From the IMG/VR virus record IMGVR_UViG_3300025930_000007, positions 202,491 through 266,490 of that record: a stretch of 64,000 nucleotides of DNA; one strand, 5' to 3'. How positions within the stretch are numbered: the first letter of the stretch is position 1; every line of letters begins with the position of its first letter. Positions 52,827 through 61,883 of the stretch are shown in pieces. The notes beneath the pieces were generated by a model. It worked only from the letters and a program-made list of their open reading frames with translations, had not been told where the DNA came from and ran no database searches. Made by a program: the position numbers and the translations under genes.

Positions 52827-55138
52827 GCAGCCTTCTTTTCTTCCAGCATTTCATGCAGGACAGCGTCCAGGATGCCGGCCTCCTGGATGGTCCGGTCGCC
52901 TTCGCCCAGGATCGAGTTGACCACCTCGCGTTTCGCATCGATCATCTTGGCGATCTTCTCCTCGATGCTGCCGAGGAGCAAGAGATAGTAAACCATGACG
53001 GGCATCGTCTGCCCGATCCGGTGGGTCCGGTCCTCGGCCTGGGAATGAATACCGGGCGTCCAGTCCAGTTCGATAAAGACGACCGTGTGGCAAGCCACCA
53101 GATTTGCGCCGATCGACATCGCCCGGATGCCGCAGACCAGGATCTCGAGGTCTCCTTCCTGGAAGGAGTCGATCACGTTCTGACGATCCATCCCCGTCAC
53201 TCGGCCGTCGATGAACGCCGTCTTGATGCCCTTCCCCTGGAAAGCTGCCACGATGCGGTCGATGGTGTCATGGTGGACAGCGAAGACGAGGACCTTCTTC
53301 TCGGTCGCCTGCAGGCCAGCGGTGAATTCGATGCATTCGGTGAACTTGGCGTTCACGGCCGCTTCCTTCAGTTCTTCGATCTCCGCGATCGCAAGATCCT
53401 TGAGACCCGCATTTCGCGCGGCCTTCTCCGCATGCTTAGCGACGTAGGCTTTGCGATCGGCCTCCGGGAGCGCTTCAATCAGGGTCTTCCATTCCTCCCG
53501 TTCCTTGAGGATTTTCCTCAGGCGGTCCAGAGCATCCACTTCCTTCTTGCGATAGACCTTGTCTTCGTCATCCTCGACAAGAAAGGGGATCATGGTTCGA
53601 GTCTTGGGCGGGAGCTCCTTCATGACCTGGTCCTTGGTCCGCCGGATCATGATCGTGGAGCGCAGCGTCTTGTCCAGTTCCGCAATATTCGATACGCCGC
53701 TGAAATCCCAGACCATTTTGCCGCCGGCCGCTGGCTTTTGATAGGCGCCGCAATAACGGATTCCATAGTCAAACCGCTTGGGTGCGACGCTCTTGTTGAC
53801 GATCTGGATCTGTGTCCAGAGTTCCATCGGTCGGCTATCGATCGGTGTTCCCGTCAGGCAGATGGAGTTCTGGACGATCTCGGAGATCTCGATGGAGGCG
53901 ACTGTACGCTGGGCGCTGATTTCCTTGAGGAAATGGGACTCGTCGGAGATCAGCGTCTTGTAGCCGGCCTTCACAAACTCATCGAAGGGAACGCCGTTCA
54001 CGAAGACGAGCTTGTATTCCGGATCGGCTCGGACCCTTCGGGCTCGAGATCCCTGGGCCTTGATCAGGTCCAAAACCCGGTTGATTCGGTTCCGGTTGTC
54101 GATGTCCGTGTACTTCTTCATCGCCTTCTCGAGCAGCTCATAAGCCTGAAGGCCGGCCCAGGCCAGATGCTTCTGGCCATACTCCTGGAGCTCCTTCTTC
54201 GGCGAAAGAAGGTTCCGGAGCCAGGTCTTCGGCGTCTCGACCGCCAGAAGGTCATAATTCGTGATCGTGATGTCGTAGCCCGCGAGGGGCGTCAGGGAGA
54301 CGTCCAGACCCGCCTTCTTGAAGCTCGAAAGGGACGTCTTCCCCGAGATCAGAAGGGGCTTTAAATCGGTGAATTTCGAGACGGCGCGGTACCAGGTGAC
54401 CCGAACCAGGGAGGGGCACAGTACGAGGGCAGGAAGGGCCCTTTCCGGCCTCAGGATGAGGTATCCCAGGCTCTGGGGGGTCTTCCCGAGGCCCATTTCG
54501 TCGGCAATCAGCGCCCGGCCCTCATGATCGTCGATCCACTTCACCCCGGCCCGCTGGAAGGGGTAGAGCTCGATCTTGCTGGGAATCACTATCTCCGCGG
54601 TATGGGACCGGCTTTCCTCGTAAGCTTTCTTGCCGTCGTCGACGGCGACCCTGAGGGCAGGATCCAGATCCAGGGAGCATTTCTCTGCCTTGAACGTGGC
54701 GATCGCCGTCTCAATGTCCACTGGGGTGAACGGGATGAGCCAATTCTTGCCGTCCTTGTCCCACTTTCGGGACTTGAGGCGCTTGACCACGTCGACCAGA
54801 TGTTGATCGTAGGGGAACACGACGGCCACCATGGGGCCGCCGGCGGTCTCCACCTTCTTCAGGCTGACGGTCGCCCCGATCGTCACTTCGCTCTCAATGA
54901 TGTCGAGCGAGAACGGATCCGGCGGCACGAGCGACTCGAATTCCAGTCCCAACTCCGTCAGCTTGCCTTCATAAGGCCGCAGGATCGTCCAAAGGCTCCA
55001 GATCTGCCGGCTCTGCTTCTGACGGGCCTTCAGGATCGTGCCCACGGAGACGAAATCCGTGTCGGACAAGCCAGCATCTCCGTGCTCATAGAGTCTCTGA
55101 GCCGTCTGGAGGATGCTTTCGATGGTCGGCTCTGTCAT
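52823..55138 (-). CDS. SNF2-family helicase with HARP-like N-terminal domain
   Basis: ADEMGLGKT, DESH, LTGTP, GANL, QAEDRTHRIGQ. Confidence 0.92.
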   Translation of the reverse strand: MTEPTIESILQTAQRLYEHGDAGLSDTDFVSVGTILKARQKQSRQIWSLWTILRPYEGKLTELGLEFESLVPPDPFSLDIIESEVTIGATVSLKKVETAGGPMVAVVFPYDQHLVDVVKRLKSRKWDKDGKNWLIPFTPVDIETAIATFKAEKCSLDLDPALRVAVDDGKKAYEESRSHTAEIVIPSKIELYPFQRAGVKWIDDHEGRALIADEMGLGKTPQSLGYLILRPERALPALVLCPSLVRVTWYRAVSKFTDLKPLLISGKTSLSSFKKAGLDVSLTPLAGYDITITNYDLLAVETPKTWLRNLLSPKKELQEYGQKHLAWAGLQAYELLEKAMKKYTDIDNRNRINRVLDLIKAQGSRARRVRADPEYKLVFVNGVPFDEFVKAGYKTLISDESHFLKEISAQRTVASIEISEIVQNSICLTGTPIDSRPMELWTQIQIVNKSVAPKRFDYGIRYCGAYQKPAAGGKMVWDFSGVSNIAELDKTLRSTIMIRRTKDQVMKELPPKTRTMIPFLVEDDEDKVYRKKEVDALDRLRKILKEREEWKTLIEALPEADRKAYVAKHAEKAARNAGLKDLAIAEIEELKEAAVNAKFTECIEFTAGLQATEKKVLVFAVHHDTIDRIVAAFQGKGIKTAFIDGRVTGMDRQNVIDSFQEGDLEILVCGIRAMSIGANLVACHTVVFIELDWTPGIHSQAEDRTHRIGQTMPVMVYYLLLLGSIEEKIAKMIDAKREVVNSILGEGDRTIQEAGILDAVLHEMLEEKKAA

Positions 55139-55497
55139 GACCTAGCCTTGTTAGGAATGTACCCCTGATCGATCAACAGCTTGAGTTTGCAGGAATTGGA
55201 ATGCTTCGGCTTCTGCACTTCGCACCATGGGCAGTGGCTCGGAATCTCTGCCTCTGGATCCGTCCATTCCAAGCACCGGACCATGTCGGCCAAGTCATGA
55301 TTGACGTTGCGGATCTTGTCGATCTGGAGATCCGCATCAGAAACATGCTTCCGAGACTGCTGAAGCTGCCCGGTCAACAAGGCTTTGTCGTCCTTCAGCG
55401 CCTCCGTCTCAGCCTTGAGGCGTCCCACCAGAAGCTCTGCGGCCTGGGCTCGTTCTTTCCAAGATTCTAGTTCAAGCTGCGTTTCGTCTTTGAACAT
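55135..55497 (-). CDS. coiled-coil + Zn-finger protein
   Basis: CPWC...H...C. Confidence 0.6.
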   Translation of the reverse strand: MFKDETQLELESWKERAQAAELLVGRLKAETEALKDDKALLTGQLQQSRKHVSDADLQIDKIRNVNHDLADMVRCLEWTDPEAEIPSHCPWCEVQKPKHSNSCKLKLLIDQGYIPNKARS

Positions 55498-55499
55498 CC

Positions 55500-56801
55500 T
55501 TACACCTTCATCTCCGCATAAAGAAGGGTATTGATCGCCTGTACGCTCGTGTCCTCGCCGTTGATGAGCAGATCGATCACCGGCATACGCCGCGGCTCCA
55601 GGCTGACCCGAATTCCGATGATCGACCCCTTGAAGCGGATTACTCCGAGTTTGCCGAGCTGCTCGAGTAATTCCTTGGCTCGGCCTTTATCCTGTTCCGG
55701 AACGCCCTTGTAGATCTGCTCGAAGGGCCCGTGGCAGGCGCCGATCAGCGTCTTCGCCTTCATCCGGCGTAGCAGACGCGCGACCAGATCCCTGTTGGTC
55801 ATGCTCCGCGTGGGAAGGGTTTCTTCCACCATGTTCTTCGGCCAGAGGAAGGAGAACTCGGATTCGAGCATACTTCGGAGAGGTTCGACCACTTCCGCGA
55901 CTTCCTCCCGGAGATGCTTGAACTTGGCCGTCTCGCGGATCTGATGGCGGAGCTTCCGCGTGGCTTCTTCTCGATCCTTCGCCTCAGGATATTCCCGGAC
56001 GAGATTCATGAGCGTCCAAATGGCCTGCTCTTTCTCGTCCCCCTCGCTTTCGAGCTGTTCCTTCCTGGCCGCGGCCATTTCCCGAAGTTTCAGTTCGCAG
56101 CTCTTGTACTTGACCTCCCAATCGGCCTTCCGATTGCGATCCAGGCCCTCGATGTACCAGAGCGGCGGACCGTCCCCCTTCATGAGGTCGCGGATCTTTC
56201 CGTAAACCTGCCTGAGGAGAGGAGAAAGATCACAGATATTAGCCGGATGCCGGGAAACCAGCCTACGCCATTGGCTGGCCCAGGAATCGTATTGGGTCCA
56301 CCGTTCTTCATGACTCCAGGGATCGAGATCCAAGGTCTCCATGACTTGAAGAAGACCTTCCATCTCCCTGAGTTCTTCCTCGGACAGAGAACCGTTCCAA
56401 TGTTGGACGATCACCGGCGCAGGCGCGGGCGTGGGCTCGGGCGCAGGGTCGGGTTCTGTCACCGGCTCGACGATGACTTTCATAGGCCCCGGAAGAGCCG
56501 GTATTTCCGGGGCCGGAACGATCTTGGACATCGGGTCGACCAGGCTCTTGATGGCCTCGATCGATGCCGGGATGAGCATGGACTGAAGATCGGCGCGTTC
56601 GGTCTTGAGTTCGACGAGCTTCGATGCGACGTCGACGATGGGCGTCACATTGAGCGCCGACAACTCCGTGGCCTTCTCGGTCAGAAGCTTGATCCAGACA
56701 TCAAGCTTCTCGATCTGCTTCGTGATGTCCTGCTTCTTCTTGATGCTCTCCGCCTGGGCGCTCAGCTTGTTCAGGATGCTCTGCAGTTCTTGCTCGTTCA
56801 T
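55500..56801 (-). CDS. coiled-coil protein with C-terminal winged-helix-like domain
   Basis: heptads, Pro linker, IG..H....KG.P...G.....L...G.I...VSL.P. Confidence 0.7.
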   Translation of the reverse strand: MNEQELQSILNKLSAQAESIKKKQDITKQIEKLDVWIKLLTEKATELSALNVTPIVDVASKLVELKTERADLQSMLIPASIEAIKSLVDPMSKIVPAPEIPALPGPMKVIVEPVTEPDPAPEPTPAPAPVIVQHWNGSLSEEELREMEGLLQVMETLDLDPWSHEERWTQYDSWASQWRRLVSRHPANICDLSPLLRQVYGKIRDLMKGDGPPLWYIEGLDRNRKADWEVKYKSCELKLREMAAARKEQLESEGDEKEQAIWTLMNLVREYPEAKDREEATRKLRHQIRETAKFKHLREEVAEVVEPLRSMLESEFSFLWPKNMVEETLPTRSMTNRDLVARLLRRMKAKTLIGACHGPFEQIYKGVPEQDKGRAKELLEQLGKLGVIRFKGSIIGIRVSLEPRRMPVIDLLINGEDTSVQAINTLLYAEMKV

Positions 56802-57115
56802 TCCTTCACCGCCTTTTCGAGAAGCGCATTCGTCTTCTCGATGATCTCGAGGCGCTCTCGGTTCTCATCCTCACGGTAACAGGAGATGTAGGGAGCTTTC
56901 TCCAGAGGCAGCCAGATCTTGCCGCCAAAGCCGAGGAAGCCCTGGAACCGGTATTCGAAGCTGAAGCGATAGTCCCAGTTGAGGGCGCACTGGATAAAGC
57001 TTCGACGCTCGTAATGATGCCCGGAGGCGCCGGCCACCTCTATGAGTAGATCGTAAAATCTCCCAAGCGCCGCCTCGTCGTAGATGCCCGGTTCTTTTTC
57101 CTTCTCGAAGCTCAT
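56798..57115 (-). CDS. hypothetical protein
   Basis: EYRFQG.LGFGGK...CYRED motif. Confidence 0.7.
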   Translation of the reverse strand: MSFEKEKEPGIYDEAALGRFYDLLIEVAGASGHHYERRSFIQCALNWDYRFSFEYRFQGFLGFGGKIWLPLEKAPYISCYREDENRERLEIIEKTNALLEKAVKE

Positions 57116-57576
57116 GATCTTTCCCTAGAGAGCCACAGGTCGAACTTCTCGTGATCCTGGTAGAACCGCTGCTTCTCTATCGACAGAGCCCCTACGCCGA
57201 TATGCGTGTACCACTCCTGCCATTTCCTCTGGATCCAGAAGCGGAATTCCAGCATGGCCTTCTGATCGTCATCCAGCAGCTTTGCCGGATCCTTGTAGCC
57301 GCGGACTCTGGCGTACTGGACAAGCCGATCATTCCATCTCATGTCCGACGTCTTGGACATCTCCACCATCTGGCGGACAAAGGAAAGGCCTCGGCCGGGC
57401 CCGGGGATCGGAGGCCCCGGATAGATCAGCTCGAGGCAGCGTTCCTCGCTGTTGGGCGATTCCTTGCTAAAGGCGATCGCGACGGCCTTCCGCTGCTCTT
57501 CGAGGATAGTGTCGGAGACATCCCGCGCGAGTAGCTGGTCGTATACCTTCAGGGCTGCCGCAGTCCTCTTCAGCAT
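57112..57576 (-). CDS. hypothetical protein
   Basis: ORF in overlapping chain. Confidence 0.65.
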   Translation of the reverse strand: MLKRTAAALKVYDQLLARDVSDTILEEQRKAVAIAFSKESPNSEERCLELIYPGPPIPGPGRGLSFVRQMVEMSKTSDMRWNDRLVQYARVRGYKDPAKLLDDDQKAMLEFRFWIQRKWQEWYTHIGVGALSIEKQRFYQDHEKFDLWLSRERS

Positions 57577-57830
57577 GACTTGCTCACGTCGATCTGTTCG
57601 ATGGTTCTTACGATTTCGCTCAGGACGAACTCCTTGGCCACCGGCAGAGCGAGCGCAACGAGCAGCTTGGCGGGAATCTCCACACGCTGCTCAAGCTTTT
57701 CCTTCTTATCCCAGGACCCGAAGACCGCTTCCTTGAAAACGACCGTGGCGTCTCCGGACCAATCGCCGTTGTGAATCACGACGACATCGCCGTCGTATCC
57801 GGGGATCTGGAAGCTTGATGAGTGCGACAT
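57570..57830 (-). CDS. hypothetical protein
   Basis: HNGDWSG motif. Confidence 0.65.
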   Translation of the reverse strand: MSHSSSFQIPGYDGDVVVIHNGDWSGDATVVFKEAVFGSWDKKEKLEQRVEIPAKLLVALALPVAKEFVLSEIVRTIEQIDVSKSC

Positions 57831-57833
57831 AAG

Positions 57834-58052
57834 CTACTTGACTCCCTTCTTGAGGATCTTGCGCGCCGCACGCTTTGCGTTCGACATGGCCATGGGAATG
57901 CAGCCCACGCCGCTCTTTTCCATGCCCTCGCTGAAGCCGTACGTCAGCTTCTTATTGTCGAGGTCGTAGACCGCCCACCTCGCCACCTTCTCTCCTTCGC
58001 GAGGTAGCGTGACGGTGCAGACGAGCTTCCGCTCCAGAACGAAAACGTCCAT
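57834..58052 (-). CDS. hypothetical protein
   Basis: ORF in chain. Confidence 0.6.
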   Translation of the reverse strand: MDVFVLERKLVCTVTLPREGEKVARWAVYDLDNKKLTYGFSEGMEKSGVGCIPMAMSNAKRAARKILKKGVK

Positions 58053-58055
58053 GGC

Positions 58056-58205
58056 CTATCCCTTCTTCTCCAGCTTCATGACTTCCATGAAACAACTCGG
58101 ATGGAAATCCGCCTTCGGCCTCCGGCAGAAATCGCCCACGATGGTCTTCCTGCAATGGCCGCATGGCCGCACGGGTTTTGCCCGCTTCCCTGTCTTGCCC
58201 GGCAT
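58056..58205 (-). CDS. small Zn-finger protein (49 aa, not in ORF track)
   Basis: CGHC...HPSC. Confidence 0.5.
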   Translation of the reverse strand: MPGKTGKRAKPVRPCGHCRKTIVGDFCRRPKADFHPSCFMEVMKLEKKG

Positions 58206-58208
58206 GGC

Positions 58209-58778
58209 TTAGTCCTTGTACTCGTCGTTCAGGAAGCGGATCTTCTGTCCCTTGAACTTGTTGACGACGTATTCCCGGGTCTTGGGGTCGACGCCCTTGA
58301 TCTGCATGAAGGCATCGGAACCGATCTTGTCGCCAACCTGGAAGAGCGTCTTCGTCTTGCATGCCTTCCGGAACCGGCGGTCGTCGAGGGTCCGGTTGAC
58401 CTCGTCCCAGACCCAGCAGTCGCGGTTGAAGACGTCGCGGTCCAGGATGTCAAGCTCCTCGTCCTTCTTGTCGGCGGGGATCTTGAGCCGCTGCTCCTCG
58501 ATGAAGCCCATGAACATCGCTTCCTCGGGCGACTCGCCGTGCATCATGTCGAGGAAGTCGAAGTTCATCTCGCCGCCGTTGCCCTCGTCGATGATCTCCG
58601 CGACCTTCACATGGTCGCGCAGGAGGATGGCGTTGAGGCCGTGGCCCTCCATCCCCCGGAACGTCTTGATCTTGGCCACCTCGTACTTGTGGCCCTGCTG
58701 CTCGAGCTGCTCGTTCGTGACCGACGGATCGAGCGGGATCTCCGTGACGACGGCGCCGTTGACGATTTTGGTGCTCAT
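58209..58778 (-). CDS. hypothetical protein
   Basis: AAGGAG RBS, strong promoter; G.EG.G.NA...DEGNGG motif. Confidence 0.8.
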   Translation of the reverse strand: MSTKIVNGAVVTEIPLDPSVTNEQLEQQGHKYEVAKIKTFRGMEGHGLNAILLRDHVKVAEIIDEGNGGEMNFDFLDMMHGESPEEAMFMGFIEEQRLKIPADKKDEELDILDRDVFNRDCWVWDEVNRTLDDRRFRKACKTKTLFQVGDKIGSDAFMQIKGVDPKTREYVVNKFKGQKIRFLNDEYKD

Positions 58779-58822
58779 GGCTATCTCCTTCCTCAGTCCT
58801 TGGTAACCCTTCGAACATCTTG

Positions 58823-58851
58823 AGTATAGACCCGAGTATATAGGCTGTCAA
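58823..58851 (-). promoter_or_regulatory. near-consensus sigma70 promoter
   Basis: TTGACA-17-TATACT with AT-rich upstream tract. Confidence 0.8.
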
Positions 58852-58872
58852 GGAATAAAAAGTGAGAAGAAT

Positions 58873-58906
58873 AAAAAAGGCCTGAGCAGATTTCTCTGCC
58901 CAGGCC
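58873..58906 (-). terminator. Rho-independent terminator after vWA gene
   Basis: GGCCTGGGCAGA-GAAA-TCTGCTCAGGCC followed by TTTTTT. Confidence 0.85.
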
Positions 58907-58944
58907 CCCTGAGTATGCGCGAGCGACAGGCCCGCGACTGGGTA

Positions 58945-59739
58945 CTAGGGATTGCCGAAGCCTCCGAGAGCGGTCTTGGAGAAGCTGGCGGCGTTCTGGC
59001 TCGCGCGCACCGCGCTCTGGGAGAAGAGCTGGAAGGCCTTCCGGATCTCGGACGGCGTGGTCTTAGGGGTCAGGATCCACTCGTCGCGGAGGCCCATCTC
59101 CTTGAAGACCTGCTTGAAGTCCGTGCCGGCGCCGTCATCGAACCCCATGGCTGCGATGATGTGGTTCTCCTTCCGGAGCATGTCCTCCACGATCGCCTTC
59201 ACGTTCTTCGCGTGGCCCCTGGAACTCTCGTCCTTGCCGTCGGTCATGAGGAGCGTCACCGTGCGGACCGGGATGCCGTTGTCGGCGAACTCCTTGGTCT
59301 TGGCGAGCACGGTGCCGAGGCAGACGACCGCCTGGTCGTAGAGCGGCGTTCCCAGGTTGGGATCGTAGTTCTTGTCCGTCATCTTGACCGCATCGTCGAT
59401 CTTGACGTACGGATAGAGGACCGTCCCGTTCAGGAATCGATTGTGGATCAGGACGGAATCCTTCTGCTTGCTGGCCAGCAGGGCGTTCACGACTTCGTTG
59501 TGCCCGTCGCGGATCGCCTGGCTGTTTCCGCCGAAGCGGATCGAGCCGGAATCGTCCGGCATGAGCGTGACCAGCACGACCTCGGAGGACTGCACGTCCT
59601 CCGCACCGATCCCCAGGCCTGCCTGGATCTGGGCGCCGATGTCGATGTTGGTCAGGGCCTGCATGGAGGCGGCGGACAGGTCGCCTTCCTTGTGGGCTCC
59701 CTTCAGGAGCTCGTTCGCATTGGGGACTGTCTTGCTCAT
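58945..59739 (-). CDS. vWA domain protein (TerY-like)
   Basis: DDSGS MIDAS, TPLYD, LMTDG. Confidence 0.85.
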   Translation of the reverse strand: MSKTVPNANELLKGAHKEGDLSAASMQALTNIDIGAQIQAGLGIGAEDVQSSEVVLVTLMPDDSGSIRFGGNSQAIRDGHNEVVNALLASKQKDSVLIHNRFLNGTVLYPYVKIDDAVKMTDKNYDPNLGTPLYDQAVVCLGTVLAKTKEFADNGIPVRTVTLLMTDGKDESSRGHAKNVKAIVEDMLRKENHIIAAMGFDDGAGTDFKQVFKEMGLRDEWILTPKTTPSEIRKAFQLFSQSAVRASQNAASFSKTALGGFGNP

Positions 59740-59770
59740 GGGTTTCTCCTTCCTTCCTCAAATATCGATC

Positions 59771-60301
59771 TCAGTTCTTCACGGCATCCGCATCGACGAA
59801 CTCGAAGCGGTGCAACTTCTTCGTCCCTTCCGCGGGGACGACGTAGTAGACCTCCTTGTAGCGGATCTTGACGGAGTCGCCTTGCTTCAGCTTCTTCCAG
59901 AGGTTCCCGGCCCGGGAATCCCTCCCGAGATCTTCGATCAGGAACTTGCCGTGCTGGCACTCGAAGACCACGGCAAACTGATCCTCGACCTTGACGGTAT
60001 TGCTGCCTCGGATTGCCGGCACGGAGATCGTCTTGGTATGCATCCCCAGAGGATCATCCCAGCCGCTCTGCGCGATGGTCTTGACGTGTCCAGGCATTTC
60101 GCTGCTGGTCGTAACCGTAGATCCCAGGCGGAAGGCGATCTCGAGGACCTTCCCGCTTTCCGTTACCTCCGGTCCCGTCTCCTCATGGGGAGGCGGTGGT
60201 AACTCCGCGTTCTGGGGGCCGGACATCCGATATCGAGTCGGACGCGGCTCGTCGCACGAGACGGCCAGAAGCGCCAGGACCAGCACGATCGAGATCTTCA
60301 T
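59771..60301 (-). CDS. lipoprotein
   Basis: signal peptide with lipobox LAVSC. Confidence 0.7.
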   Translation of the reverse strand: MKISIVLVLALLAVSCDEPRPTRYRMSGPQNAELPPPPHEETGPEVTESGKVLEIAFRLGSTVTTSSEMPGHVKTIAQSGWDDPLGMHTKTISVPAIRGSNTVKVEDQFAVVFECQHGKFLIEDLGRDSRAGNLWKKLKQGDSVKIRYKEVYYVVPAEGTKKLHRFEFVDADAVKN

Positions 60302-60303
60302 GG

Positions 60304-61368
60304 TTACGCCGGGAAGCCTTCCCAGTCCTCCATGGGAGTCGTGGACTCGACGACGTGCATGCCGGCGTCGTCGAACAGCTTGAGGGCCTTCTCCGCCTGC
60401 GGGGTGAAGTCGGCCAGGAAGCCGCCCTTGCCGTCCGGAACGGCGACCGCGCTCATGCAGTCCTTGAGGACGTAGACCTTCTTGACGAGCTTCGGATCCT
60501 GGGCGTTGATCGTGTCGAGCAGATCCTTGATGGAGCTGGAGACGCAGTGGGAGGCTGCCTGGCCCGCAATCACGACTGCGTCGGAATCCAGCAACTTCTT
60601 AATGAAGGCCGTGTTCCGCTGCGCGAGGGGCTTCCCGTCATGCCGGGTCAGGACCTCCGGGGAGAGGACGCTGTAGTTCTCGGTCAGGAGATTGCCGCCC
60701 TTCACTTCGACGGCGTTGACGGACTTCCGGGTGAAGGCGTGGAAGATCCGGGCCTCCTCGATCACGCCGGAGAGGACGTGGCCGGTGGAGCCGATCAGGC
60801 AGTGATAGGGCCAGAGGTAGAGCATGTACTTCCCGGCCTTCTCGAGCTCCTCGCAGTAGAACCTCACCTGCTTGATCAGCCAGGGAAGGTTGCCGTCGCA
60901 GACGATCTGCGCGGCCGCCTTGGTGGGGCACACCTCGCCGGACTTGATCATCTCGCTCTTGATGACCGTATGGGCGCCCAGGGGCTTGCCGTCCTTGTCC
61001 TCCCAGAAGCTCGGGAAGAAGATCTGGAACGGGAAGTGGGTGTCCATGGTGCAGGTGATGTCCGAGATCCTGCCCAGGTTCCGGTAGATGAACTCCGCCA
61101 TCTTCCGGTTGTCCTCCATGGCGCCCTTGCCGCTGCGGCCGCCGACGTAGAGCGAGCCCTGGGGGAAGCAGAAGTCCTTCTGGACGTCGATCAGGAGCAG
61201 CTCGATCTTCTTGCCGTCGTGGCCCGAGGGCTTGATGTCGTGCTTCTTGATCCAGGACTCGGCCTGCCCGAAGAGGTCCGCGTGATTGGGCTCATAGGCC
61301 CAATCGTCGGCGTTCTTGGCCTTGAAGAACGTCGGAAGCGGAAGCTGCCGGATTGCCGTGGTGCTCAT
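60304..61368 (-). CDS. nicotinamidase/isochorismatase-family cysteine hydrolase
   Basis: LLIDVQKDF, DTH, WPYHC, KG, AGQAASHCV. Confidence 0.88.
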   Translation of the reverse strand: MSTTAIRQLPLPTFFKAKNADDWAYEPNHADLFGQAESWIKKHDIKPSGHDGKKIELLLIDVQKDFCFPQGSLYVGGRSGKGAMEDNRKMAEFIYRNLGRISDITCTMDTHFPFQIFFPSFWEDKDGKPLGAHTVIKSEMIKSGEVCPTKAAAQIVCDGNLPWLIKQVRFYCEELEKAGKYMLYLWPYHCLIGSTGHVLSGVIEEARIFHAFTRKSVNAVEVKGGNLLTENYSVLSPEVLTRHDGKPLAQRNTAFIKKLLDSDAVVIAGQAASHCVSSSIKDLLDTINAQDPKLVKKVYVLKDCMSAVAVPDGKGGFLADFTPQAEKALKLFDDAGMHVVESTTPMEDWEGFPA

Positions 61369-61409
61369 GCGTTTCTCCTTCCTATCCTTCTAAAATGAAG
61401 ACTGCCTAC

Positions 61410-61430
61410 TTAGTGTACTTATAACACTAA
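61410..61430. promoter_or_regulatory. 21-bp palindrome, NrtR-box-like (GT-N7-AC)
   Basis: TTAGTGT-ACTTATA-ACACTAA about 40 nt upstream of nicotinamidase ATG. Confidence 0.7.
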
Positions 61431-61453
61431 TTAACATCTAGAATATTCCGCGT

Positions 61454-61879
61454 TTACTTTCCTCCAGGTTTCACGTATTCCGCGCTCTGAACCATGTACC
61501 CGGAGTCCGTCTGGCAGCCGGGGCGGATCATCCATTCCTTGTACTTCACGATCACGGGCTTCTGGGTTCGCTGGGCTTCCTGGAGAAGCTTCAGACTGGT
61601 TTCATCTTCGTCCGGAATCGTGAAGTGCCAGACATTCGTTTCAAGATGTCCCTGAGAATTAGAAACCATCCCGCCCAGGTTCATCTCTCCTTCCCAAGTC
61701 TTGTTCTGCCAGCCCTTATGGCTGATCTTGGTGACGACCCCGACACGCTCGCCCTCGCTGTAGCTGTCGTTGCATCCGACCGGGCACCCTCGCGTACCGA
61801 AGCACAGAGCCAGGCAGATGCCCACGATCATGATCGTGTAGATGACCTCGAGCAGCGTGACTCCGCGATTCGTCCTCAT
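61454..61879 (-). CDS. membrane protein with prepilin-like N-terminus and phage lipoprotein-type domain
   Basis: RG|VTLLEV..; YSEGERVG...K.S.KG...KTWEGE. Confidence 0.7.
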   Translation of the reverse strand: MRTNRGVTLLEVIYTIMIVGICLALCFGTRGCPVGCNDSYSEGERVGVVTKISHKGWQNKTWEGEMNLGGMVSNSQGHLETNVWHFTIPDEDETSLKLLQEAQRTQKPVIVKYKEWMIRPGCQTDSGYMVQSAEYVKPGGK

Positions 61880-61883
61880 GGCA

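Noticed and set aside
52853-54364. 503-aa + strand ORF
   Set aside because: Antisense shadow of the SNF2 helicase
60196-61398. 400-aa + strand ORF
   Set aside because: Antisense shadow of the nicotinamidase
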